NCBI RefSeq assembly: GCF_036323395.1 | Contig: NZ_AP028907.1 | Location: forward strand, 1,950,001-1,982,000 | Direction of reading: 5' to 3' | Source: Pyrodictium abyssi | Lineage (GTDB): Archaea; Thermoproteota; Thermoprotei_A; Sulfolobales; Pyrodictiaceae | Length of the DNA stretch: 32,000 nucleotides | Shown: in pieces, positions 1 to 7,709 of the stretch | Layout of the letters: each line of letters starts with the position of its first letter | Position numbering within the stretch: position 1 is the stretch's first letter | Program-made: the position numbers and the translations under genes | The notes under the pieces: model-generated | Told to the model about the DNA's origin: nothing | Database searches by the model: none | What the model saw: only the letters and a program-made list of their open reading frames with translations

Positions 1-1959
1 GTCCGGCGCAACCGAGACCACCGCCGAGCCGCCCGGAAGCCCGCTGAGAGCCCGCTTGACCTCCTCCGCGAACTCCTTGTCCACGGCAGCGAGCACGTCC
101 ACGTCGCGGGCGTCGGCTACGGGGAAGAACACCTTCACCAAGGTGTTCGTGAACATGCTCCGCAGAAGCACATCCGGGACCTGCCGCGGGTGCTGGTGAG
201 CCATCACGAGGACCACGCCATACTTCCTGGCCTCGCTGAGAACCGTGTCCACCACCTCGGGGATAGCCTGCGCCACGTTCTGGAACTCGTCCATAATGAT
301 GTACACCGGGGTCCGCTTCTTGCCGAGGAGAGCCCGCTCCAGCGCCCAGAACCAGATGCGGAGCACCACCATGGGTATGAGCAGCCTGAGAAACTGCTCC
401 CCCAGCACCTTCGGCAGCCTCAGTATCAGCAACCCGCCGGGCTGCAGCACGGTGTCGAGGTCCAGAGTTGACTCGGAGGTCATCGCACGGAGCAGCTTAT
501 TGTTACGGAAAGGCTCCAGCCTCGAGAAGACACCGAAGAAGCTGTCCTCGCTCATGTCCCTTAGGAGTTCGAGCTGGTGGCGCCACTCCGGGTCGTCGAT
601 CGGCAGGTCTAGCTCCTCGCGGTACAGCGCCACAAAGGTGTCGTAGAGGTCGGCGAGCGTCACCCTGCCGCCGAGCCGGTGGTACATGTAGCGGAGCACG
701 ACCTGGAGAAGGTACTTGATGCGGACACTCGTCCCGCTTAGCTCCAGCACCTTCTCGAACAGGTCCACCAGGTGGTCCGTGGCTATGTCATAGGCTTGCT
801 CCCTGTCGCGGAGGCGAGGCGGCTCCAGAGGGTTGAGGCTGGCGAGGAAGGGCCTCTCCCCGTCGTCGGTCTCGTAAACGGGGTCCACTAGCCAGACGCG
901 CTCGAGGCTAGGCAGCGACTCCAGGATGTCGTAGGAGACGTCGCCGTGGGGGTCGATGAAGACTATAGCAGCGTCGCTCTCCTCCCGGAGCCTCAGAACG
1001 AGGTTCCAGAGGAACGTCGACTTCCCGCTCCGGGTGCGGCCCACCACCCAGGTATGGAGCATCTGGCGCAGGGGAACGCAGTACTCCTTCCCGTCCAGGG
1101 TCTCCCCGAACCGGATACACTTCTCCCGCGGCTTCACCCGCGGCGTTATGCTCGGCAGCTCCCCGCCCCGGGCAAACTCCACGAAAGCTGAGACCTCGTC
1201 CGGTCTCGGCAACCTCACAAGATGCATGAAGCTCTCCTGTGGTATCCACGGGTACTCCTTCTTCGGGGAGAACCGGCCCATGAGGCTCATGGGGTCCCTT
1301 AGCTTGGAGGGGCTCCCCCTCCGGGAGACCTTCACCTTGAGTGCGGGGGTGAAGAGGCCCGCAGCCCTCTCCCCCAGCTCCCTAGCACGCTCCTTATCAT
1401 TGGTGTAGAACCTGACTGCTGTTATGTAGATGCGCTTGGTGCTCAGCTGGGAGAGGTGCCGGGCCATGTCGGGGTCCTTCTTATGGTACTCCAGGGGGCC
1501 TAGCCCCTTGAGCTCGGGGCGCTCGCCTAGACGGTAGTGCCTGGCCTTCTTGGCCAGCTCCCGGTGGGTCCTCGCATCGTAGAAGCCGACTATCTGCACC
1601 GCCTCGCCGGGCTCCAGCCAGTCGTAGACCGAGAGCCAGGCCTCGCTAGCCTCGACCCCCGTCTCCCAGGCGCCGCTCGGCGCCCTTAGCTCGGCCACCC
1701 ACTTCTGGGGGAGCTCCGGGGGCTCCTCGAGCAGCTCCACGCTCGCCCGGCGCCGCAGCAGCGGCAGCGCAATGTCGCGTATCCACGCGTAGAACTCGAT
1801 GCGGTCCTCGAGCCGGTGAGCCTCCAGCACCACGTGCGGGCTCAGGGAGACCAGCTGGGCGAACTCCCTCTCGTAGCCGAGACGCGGCTTCAGACGAACC
1901 CAGCCCACGTAATGGGTGCCCCCGAGAACCCGGCTCCTCTCAACATCCCTCCTGCCCAA
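1..1959 (-). CDS. Partial TraD/TrwB/HerA-like (type IV secretion or conjugation-type) P-loop ATPase; C-terminus beyond the left edge
   Basis: Translated by hand on the minus strand (missing from the ORF track because no stop lies inside the window). Walker A 'VVGRTRSGKSTFLWNLVLRL', 'AIVFIDPHGDVSYDILESLP', 'FLASLNPLEPP', Walker B 'TPVYIIMDEFQNVAQ', and 'LSEARKYGVVLVMAHQHPRQVPDVLLRSMFTN', typical of coupling-protein-like ATPases. Start uncertain (TTG 1959 or GTG 1908; the frame is open to about 2103). Confidence 0.8.
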   Translation of the reverse strand, partial: MGRRDVERSRVLGGTHYVGWVRLKPRLGYEREFAQLVSLSPHVVLEAHRLEDRIEFYAWIRDIALPLLRRRASVELLEEPPELPQKWVAELRAPSGAWETGVEASEAWLSVYDWLEPGEAVQIVGFYDARTHRELAKKARHYRLGERPELKGLGPLEYHKKDPDMARHLSQLSTKRIYITAVRFYTNDKERARELGERAAGLFTPALKVKVSRRGSPSKLRDPMSLMGRFSPKKEYPWIPQESFMHLVRLPRPDEVSAFVEFARGGELPSITPRVKPREKCIRFGETLDGKEYCVPLRQMLHTWVVGRTRSGKSTFLWNLVLRLREESDAAIVFIDPHGDVSYDILESLPSLERVWLVDPVYETDDGERPFLASLNPLEPPRLRDREQAYDIATDHLVDLFEKVLELSGTSVRIKYLLQVVLRYMYHRLGGRVTLADLYDTFVALYREELDLPIDDPEWRHQLELLRDMSEDSFFGVFSRLEPFRNNKLLRAMTSESTLDLDTVLQPGGLLILRLPKVLGEQFLRLLIPMVVLRIWFWALERALLGKKRTPVYIIMDEFQNVAQAIPEVVDTVLSEARKYGVVLVMAHQHPRQVPDVLLRSMFTNTLVKVFFPVADARDVDVLAAVDKEFAEEVKRALSGLPGGSAVVSVAPD

Positions 1960-2051
1960 GCCCGGTTCCCCCGCCCTAGTAGGGCGGGCCGGGAGAAGTG
2001 GAGCTGCAAGACCGTCTCCCCGCCCCGGGCCTCTAACCGGGGGAGGACCCG

Positions 2052-2315
2052 ATGCCGGCGCCAGCCCCGGGCCTCGAGGAGCTCTTCTCGCAGATAGCCA
2101 TGGCTATCAGCTGCGCGCTCCACCCTGTGTCGACACTGCTAGCCCGGGCAGGGGTATCGGGCCCGGGCCTCGAGGGCCTCGACACCGCGGCCTACGCCAT
2201 GCTGGCGTGGCTCCTAGGCTCGAGGGAGAGGGAGGGCGTGAAGAAGGCGGGCTTCGTGCTGGCGGTCCTTCTCGCGGCGCTGGCGCTGCTGGAGCTCAGC
2301 CTAGCGTCAGGCTAG
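2052..2315 (+). CDS. Small 87-aa membrane protein with two hydrophobic helices around a charged loop
   Basis: GGGAGG Shine-Dalgarno-like motif just upstream; hydrophobic stretches 'AAYAMLAWLLG' and 'AGFVLAVLLAALALLELSLA' separated by 'SREREGVKK'. Confidence 0.55.
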   Translation: MPAPAPGLEELFSQIAMAISCALHPVSTLLARAGVSGPGLEGLDTAAYAMLAWLLGSREREGVKKAGFVLAVLLAALALLELSLASG

Positions 2316-2496
2316 AAGGAGAGGGGGTTGAAGGCCCCGCTTCACGACAATCCACGGGGCCCGGGCCGGCTCACCCCCAGGGTCCCCGGCCCGTCATGCT
2401 CCTCGGGGGCGGCAGGGGCGCCCAGGGGCGGGGGCGGCAGCCGAGGCTCAATTCTACAGCTATATGCGCTGCGGGATAAACGCTGCGGAGCGTGGG

Positions 2497-2793
2497 CTAG
2501 CCCGGCTCTAGGGCCAGGAGCAGCTTCTCGGTAACGACAACCTCCAGCTCCTCTCCGAGCTCCTCCACGTAGACCCTCCGGGTGCCCGTCATCCTGCTGC
2601 ACATCTGGTGCCACGCCGAGGCGTAGTCGCTGCATCTGTAGCCGCTGGCCTCCAGCTCCTCTAGTCTCTCTATGAAGGCCTCCCTGGCCTCCTCCCACTC
2701 CTTGTAGCGCCGCTCCTCGATGGGCTGCGCATGCCATGGGTCCTCGCTGAGGACCCTGTAGAGCTTGACAACATAGGCCGCGGCCATGGCCAT
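2497..2793 (-). CDS. Hypothetical protein (98 aa, charged, helical)
   Basis: ORF with protein-like composition; lies 6 nt downstream of the 2800..3006 gene. Confidence 0.55.
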   Translation of the reverse strand: MAMAAAYVVKLYRVLSEDPWHAQPIEERRYKEWEEAREAFIERLEELEASGYRCSDYASAWHQMCSRMTGTRRVYVEELGEELEVVVTEKLLLALEPG

Positions 2794-2799
2794 GGCTGG

Positions 2800-3006
2800 T
2801 CACCCTAGCCGGGCTATCACCACCATCCTCTTCGCCGGCCGTACCATGGCCTGCCACATCCCGCCCTCCTGGTCCTCGTATACTAGGGTGTCCCAGCCGC
2901 CTCCGTAGAGCCGGGCATGCAGCGGAGCCCGGTCCATGAACACCACCCTGAAGCCCAGCCTGGTGAACCGGGCTACTAGCTCCCGGAGGGTCTCGGGCGC
3001 CTGCAT
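2800..3006 (-). CDS. Hypothetical protein (68 aa)
   Basis: Compact ORF in apparent operon with 2497..2793. Confidence 0.5.
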   Translation of the reverse strand: MQAPETLRELVARFTRLGFRVVFMDRAPLHARLYGGGWDTLVYEDQEGGMWQAMVRPAKRMVVIARLG

Positions 3007-3146
3007 GGCTGTCTGCCTCCGTGTCTGCTGCTGTGTCGCTCGCCGCTAATAAGCTTGTCGCTCGACACTGGCGGGCAACACTGATATACTCTCTGTCGTG
3101 CGGCACTAGGGGTGGGGGTGCCTGGGCTGTGCCCACGGGCAATAGG

Positions 3147-3317
3147 GTGAAGGTGAGGAGGGGGCGCGGCGGCGGGGGGAGAGAGTACTACTTCGTGACC
3201 ATCCCGAAGCCTATCGCGCAGGCCCTAGGCCTAGAGCCCGGCAGAGTACTGGAGGTACGGGTGGAGGCGCGGGGAGGGAAACAGGTACTAGTCCTAGAGC
3301 CCGTCGACGAGGCCTAG
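3147..3317 (+). CDS. AbrB/SpoVT/MazE-like DNA-binding protein
   Basis: 'VKVRRGRGGGGREYYFVTIPKPIAQALGLEPGRVLEVRVEARGGKQVLVLEP' fits the swapped-hairpin AbrB pattern (TIPKxIxxxLGLxxGxxLEV). Internal GTG start preferred over the track start at 3021. Confidence 0.7.
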   Translation: MKVRRGRGGGGREYYFVTIPKPIAQALGLEPGRVLEVRVEARGGKQVLVLEPVDEA

Positions 3318-3568
3318 GCGGGCACCGGTACCCGCTTCCTCTCCCGGGCCTCGGTCTCCTCGATGTAGCGCTGCTCCCACTCGCTTGTCGGGTCCATGCC
3401 CCTCTTCTCCAGCTCGACTATAGCCATGAAGAGTATGCTGTCTACCTCGCCGGGCTCTACGCCCGGCGGGCAGTCGCCGTGCTCAGCGCACTTCCACGCC
3501 TCGTAGAGGCTGCCTATGCCGAGCCTCCGGAGCTCCCGGAGAGCCTCCTCCACGTACCCGGGCTTCAC
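3314..3568 (-). CDS. Hypothetical protein (about 84 aa)
   Basis: Protein-like part begins at an internal GTG ('VKPGYVEEALRELRRLGIGSLYEAW...'); the N-terminal extension in the track is proline-rich and probably not coding. Confidence 0.45.
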   Translation of the reverse strand: MKPGYVEEALRELRRLGIGSLYEAWKCAEHGDCPPGVEPGEVDSILFMAIVELEKRGMDPTSEWEQRYIEETEARERKRVPVPA

Positions 3569-4545
3569 GCTCCCCTCACCTCGCGGTAGAGCCGGGGCCG
3601 GGGGCAGAAGACTAGGCTCCACCCGGCCACATGTATATGCCATGCTACCCGCCCCTTACACGCCTTATGCATGTGCCTATCCACGCCGAATCGGCGCCGG
3701 AGCACCACGAGTAGTAGCCGCCACCTCCGGGGCCGGGTGATGGACAGCTTGACGTGGAGCTCTAGGAGCCCAGCTAGCCCAGCCTGCACAGCGAACCCCC
3801 AGCGCCACGCCGCCGCCCGCATGATAGCCCTGGGGCGCCCCACAGCCCCCGGCCCACAAACACCCCCGGGAAGAGACACCGTATAAAAACCTGTCGAGCG
3901 ACAAAGAGAGAGACACCCAAAGAAGCACACCGGGGAAAGAACCCCCTCCCCGTCGACACACTACAACTATAACATGTATACCATACAGAAAGAATACTTT
4001 GTAGTATTCTAGGCCCGGATTGCCTCCCACCGCGTGATTGCCGGGAACTCAGGCGATAGACTCCCGGCCCCGTGCAACTCCACATGCCTCTCCTCTGCAG
4101 ACGGGCTAACAGCTGCTAGCTCGAGGAGAACAGGTAAGCTCGGCAGCTGACTCGATTACGTGGGCTTACCCAGCGGTTAGGCGATATTATGGCCGGCCTA
4201 TGTAGCCTCAGGCGATAAGCCCCGGCCATAGGAGCGGTGGTGTCTGCACCAGGCCGATACTATTCTACTCTCCATATAGGATCCCGGGGAGAGCTCACAC
4301 CCCTCGACAACATAGAATAGTTCCGGCCCAGGCCTTGCGGAGAGAATAGATTCATCCACCATAGTTCTGGAATCGGCTTACCGGGACGGTTTAAAGAGAA
4401 TCGGTTAGGTGCGAGACAGGCTACAGGCTATGAGGAGGGGGCGGGTGCATGGAACTGTTGGTATTACCCATGGCGAGTGGTTAGCGATTGAGAGAAAAGA
4501 TAGTATTACCGTTTAACCAATTGTGCATAGGGGGTCTAGGACGCC

Positions 4546-5148
4546 TCAGGCGCGGGTCATGGCCTCGACTTCGTGTAGGGTTATGTCTACGGGTCCTAGC
4601 CTGGAGGCTAGGAGGTAGAGGACGCGTAGCAGCTCGGCTAGCTCGCCGTAGGCCTTGGCCTCCTTCTCCCTGAGGCTCTGGATTAGCCCCCGTAGCCTCT
4701 TCGCCAGGTAGCCCCGTAGCGCTCCTAGGACCTCCTGCGGGTGTCCTAGGGCTACCTTGTTCCTCCGGGCCCTCCTCCTGGCTGGCCCGGTGACCCGGGC
4801 CCGGGGCGACGCCGTCACGACGGCTACGAAGGTGTCCCGGGCTGGCGGGGCCCGCTGGGCCACGTACCGGCGTAGCCGGAGAACCTTCGCCGCGACCCTG
4901 CTCCAGGTCAGTGGCCGGGCCTCCTCCGTGGTGGAGTAGACTGCGACCACCAGGGGGGCCGAGGCCGGGAGCTCTATCTCGACGAGGTAGGCCCTCCTAT
5001 CGCTACTTCCCTCGTCGAAGCGGTAGCGGAGCTCCAGCCCCAGCCTCTCACGCACAAAGCGGAGAACACGGGCAAGAACAAGCCTAACAACATTATACGC
5101 CCCGAGCGCTAGGTTCATCCTCTCCTCGCTCCACCGCTCCCCCGCCAC
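4546..5148 (-). CDS. Hypothetical protein (200 aa)
   Basis: Long ORF with ordinary alternating hydrophobic/charged composition; 4 nt downstream of the 5153..5392 gene. Confidence 0.65.
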   Translation of the reverse strand: MAGERWSEERMNLALGAYNVVRLVLARVLRFVRERLGLELRYRFDEGSSDRRAYLVEIELPASAPLVVAVYSTTEEARPLTWSRVAAKVLRLRRYVAQRAPPARDTFVAVVTASPRARVTGPARRRARRNKVALGHPQEVLGALRGYLAKRLRGLIQSLREKEAKAYGELAELLRVLYLLASRLGPVDITLHEVEAMTRA

Positions 5149-5152
5149 GGCT

Positions 5153-5392
5153 TTACACCCTCTCCTCGGCGCAGTATACGACGTGGCCTCTCCTCTGCAC
5201 GCGCTTCCAGAGCCTCCCCGTGTACTCCACGAGAGTATCCTGGACCTTTCCGCGGCCCACGTCCACGCCCATGGCGCGGAGCGCCTCCGCTATCTCCCGG
5301 GGCCTCATACAGCCAGCGCTGCGGAGCAGCAGCCACACCATGCCCGCTATCACGTCCCGGCTCAGCCCCCTCCGGAGCAGCACCTCAACCAT
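5153..5392 (-). CDS. Small probable winged-helix protein (79 aa)
   Basis: 'MVEVLLRRGLSRDVIAGMVWLLLRSAGCMRPREIAEALRAMGVDVGRGKVQDTLVEYTGRLWKRVQRRGHVVYCAEERV' has a helix-turn-helix/wing-like pattern; internal ATG at 5392, just after the upstream gene's stop. Confidence 0.6.
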   Translation of the reverse strand: MVEVLLRRGLSRDVIAGMVWLLLRSAGCMRPREIAEALRAMGVDVGRGKVQDTLVEYTGRLWKRVQRRGHVVYCAEERV

Positions 5393-5399
5393 GGCATAC

Positions 5400-6332
5400 T
5401 CACCCCTGCGTGAGCAGCTCAACCATGCGCTCTAGGAACGTCGCGAAGTAGACGACCCTCATGCCCCCGTCCTTCGCAGACCACAGGTACGGTACTCGAG
5501 GAAACGTCCAGGTCTTGCTGTCCCACGAGCCGGGCGGCAGCCTCGAGGAGACGGCAGCGTCCAGCGGGGCGCCGAAGAGGTGGAGGTGGAGCCTGTCCAG
5601 CCCATGGTCTTCTAGGAGCCTTCTCGCCTCCTCTACGGCGTGTATCCACGCCCGCTTCTGCCGCCCGGCTAGGAGCTTCAGGCTGCCGAGCGCGACTACC
5701 CCGTACTTCTCCACGATACCGGTCTCTGCCAGCCATGCTAGGTGCTTAGAGTGGCCTGTATCCCTCGAGGCCTGCGCGACCGGTATCCATGGCAGCTCGG
5801 GGTGCTCGGCTAGCAGCCGCTCCTGCAGCCTCATGGTGTGCTCCACGTTGCCCTCAACGGTGGCCGGCACGTCGGGCATCACGACGCGCCACGAGAAGCC
5901 ATGCCTCCTAGCCAGCAGCCTCGCCCTGTCGACGCTGCTCCACAGCGTGTCCCAGAACCTGTCGCTGTACTCCGCCGTCTTCCCGTTGAACCAGTCCATG
6001 ATACCCACGTCGAGGACCACACTAGAGGGCCTCGCCCCCAGCCCCCTCATGTTCTCCAGTAGCTTCTCGAGCACGTCAATGCTCTTCACCGGGACGAGTA
6101 TCCAAGGCCACAGCGGCACCGGCGGCAGCGTGTAGTAGGCGAGCCGGTTCCTCGCCAGCGCCAGCACGGCCTTGATTACCGTCTCCACAGCGCCTCCATG
6201 GATAATTCCCACGTCGGGATTATCCATGCGCCTCATGTGCCGGGGCCCAATGCCCAGTAGGCGCCAGAGGCTACGGTACGCGGTAACATAGGGCACGCCC
6301 AGGCTGGCGGCTATGCTGCGTAGGCTGGTCAT
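5400..6332 (-). CDS. TGT/DpdA-like (queuine/archaeosine transglycosylase superfamily) TIM-barrel protein
   Basis: 'SSVVLDVGIMDWFNGKTAEY', 'WRVVMPDVPATVEGNVEHTMRLQERLLAEHPELPWIPVAQA', 'YGVVALGSLK', 'LHLHLFGAPLDAAVSSRLPPGSWDSKTWTF' match the order of TGT/DpdA barrel strands and the DSxxW region. Internal ATG start (6332) overlaps the upstream stop by 4 nt. Confidence 0.7.
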   Translation of the reverse strand: MTSLRSIAASLGVPYVTAYRSLWRLLGIGPRHMRRMDNPDVGIIHGGAVETVIKAVLALARNRLAYYTLPPVPLWPWILVPVKSIDVLEKLLENMRGLGARPSSVVLDVGIMDWFNGKTAEYSDRFWDTLWSSVDRARLLARRHGFSWRVVMPDVPATVEGNVEHTMRLQERLLAEHPELPWIPVAQASRDTGHSKHLAWLAETGIVEKYGVVALGSLKLLAGRQKRAWIHAVEEARRLLEDHGLDRLHLHLFGAPLDAAVSSRLPPGSWDSKTWTFPRVPYLWSAKDGGMRVVYFATFLERMVELLTQG

Positions 6333-6640
6333 GGCTCCTCGGCCTCCCACCACGTCTCTCCGAAGCTGTCTGGCACGCCGGCCTCCCGGAGCGCCTCGGC
6401 GAGCAGGCGCGCGGAGGGGCCGCGGCACGCGCCGCCCTCGCACAGCGTGCCGTCGCTGGCCTCTATGCGGCAGCGCCACGTCTTGAAGAAGCGGCACTCG
6501 GCGCGCACAACCAGCCCCGCCGCAGCGTACACGGCGCGCGCCTCGCAGCCGCCGCCGGCTACACGGTGGTCCACGGTGTGGCGGAGCACGGGCACACGCC
6601 GGTCCAGCGCCCCCGCGAGCTTGCGCAGCGCCTCAGCCAC
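6329..6640 (-). CDS. Small cysteine-containing hypothetical protein (103 aa)
   Basis: 'AECRFFKTWRCRIEASDGTLCEGGACRG'; ATGA overlap with the TGT-like gene and 8-nt overlap with the upstream gene. Confidence 0.6.
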   Translation of the reverse strand: MAEALRKLAGALDRRVPVLRHTVDHRVAGGGCEARAVYAAAGLVVRAECRFFKTWRCRIEASDGTLCEGGACRGPSARLLAEALREAGVPDSFGETWWEAEEP

Positions 6641-6929
6641 GGCCCATCCGCCTCATTCCCCTCGCTCTGCCCTCCTCCAGTAGCTTCCTCAGCTCCTCGG
6701 CCCTGACCGCTGTGCACTCGTCCATGCACGTCTCGGGGTCGCAGTAGTCGCAGCTCCTACACTCCACGTCGCAGATGCTCCACGCTACCAGCTCCACGGC
6801 CCTCTCCACGGGCAGCTCGTCGAGGGCGCTGCCGAGGACCAGCACCAGCCTGCCCAGCACCATGGGCGCCGGCAGCCCAGCCATGCTGTTGGCGAGCCTC
6901 TCCGCTAGCACCGCCCCGTGGCCCGCCAC
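6633..6929 (-). CDS. Small protein with a dense Cys cluster (98 aa)
   Basis: 'SICDVECRSCDYCDPETCMDECTAV' (six Cys within 20 residues), likely metal-binding. Confidence 0.6.
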   Translation of the reverse strand: MAGHGAVLAERLANSMAGLPAPMVLGRLVLVLGSALDELPVERAVELVAWSICDVECRSCDYCDPETCMDECTAVRAEELRKLLEEGRARGMRRMGRG

Positions 6930-6945
6930 CCTCCATCACCCCGCC

Positions 6946-7599
6946 TCACAGGAGCTCCTGTAGCTCCGGCACTCTACGGAGTGGCTCGAGGACTCGGGGC
7001 AGATCGCCGAGCCCGAAGATGGTGAACCTCACGAAGACCTCGTCTGGCCAGAGGTTGGTGAGCCTCCTCGCCTCCCGCCAGAGCGTCATGTGCTTCCGGG
7101 GGAGGAAGAGCACTACCCGCTCTAGGCCCCGTGCGGCGAGCTCCTCCACCACGTCGCGGAGCGTCTCCACGACCAGGCCCCGTAGCAGCGGGCGCTGGAG
7201 GACCTCATCGGGGTGGAGCTCGTAGCAGCAAGCGGGGTAGGTCTCGGCCCGCTCATAGGGCACCAAGAGTAGCAGGTCGCTGAAGTAGAGCCATTCTATC
7301 CCAGCGGGCCTGTCCACGTCGCTGCTCCAGAGCCCGAGGCGGCGGAGCAGCCCACGTATCTTCCGCGATGTGGGGCTCCTGGTGTAGGGCTTCACGCTAG
7401 AGCACGGCGTTACGAGGGCCACGGGGCTCCGTGGCCTGTACTCCCTCCGGAGCCACTCCCACCAATCCTTCACCGCGGGATGCTCGAATGCGCGGGGCCC
7501 CGCCAGCCTGGGGTCTAGGCCGTTATGATGTCTCGGGGGCCACCGGCCGTCCTCCTTCCGGACTACGTACCTGTAGCCACGCTTCACGGTCAGCGCCAC
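6946..7599 (-). CDS. Archaeosine synthase (ArcS)/DUF5591-like protein
   Basis: 'VALVTPCSSVKPYTRSPTSRKI' fits the ArcS motif PC-X3-KPY-X2-S-X2-H except the last position (S for H); followed by 'LLLLVPYERAETYPACCYELHPDE'. Internal GTG start with a purine-rich leader. Confidence 0.72.
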   Translation of the reverse strand: MALTVKRGYRYVVRKEDGRWPPRHHNGLDPRLAGPRAFEHPAVKDWWEWLRREYRPRSPVALVTPCSSVKPYTRSPTSRKIRGLLRRLGLWSSDVDRPAGIEWLYFSDLLLLVPYERAETYPACCYELHPDEVLQRPLLRGLVVETLRDVVEELAARGLERVVLFLPRKHMTLWREARRLTNLWPDEVFVRFTIFGLGDLPRVLEPLRRVPELQELL

Positions 7600-7709
7600 C
7601 GCCTCTCCCTCCTCTCCATCCTCTTGACGTGGACGACAGTGTAGACGATGAAGGGGAGCACGAGGAGCTCTAGGAGAAACAGGGCGAGCGGGTCCAGGGC
7701 TACTGTCAC
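7590..7709 (-). CDS. 39-aa single-pass membrane peptide
   Basis: 'VTVALDPLALFLLELLVLPFIVYTVVHVKRMERRERRWR'; GTG start overlaps the stop of 7706..7969 (GTGA), stop overlaps the next gene start by 10 nt. Confidence 0.5.
   Translation of the reverse strand: MTVALDPLALFLLELLVLPFIVYTVVHVKRMERRERRWR

Noticed and set aside
245-1408. Plus-strand ORFs 245..646 and 956..1408
   Set aside because: They lie antisense to the ATPase coding frame, which carries Walker A/B motifs; they are by-products of GC-rich codon usage.
1916-2479. 187-aa plus-strand ORF
   Set aside because: Low-complexity Gly/Pro/Arg sequence overlapping the more protein-like 87-aa frame and the 5' part of the ATPase region.
3565-4085. 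Overlapping minus-strand ORFs 3565..3930, 3677..4030, 3774..4085 and plus-strand 3671..3886
   Set aside because: Mutually exclusive frames with atypical composition and no recognisable motifs; the stretch is better treated as non-coding for now.
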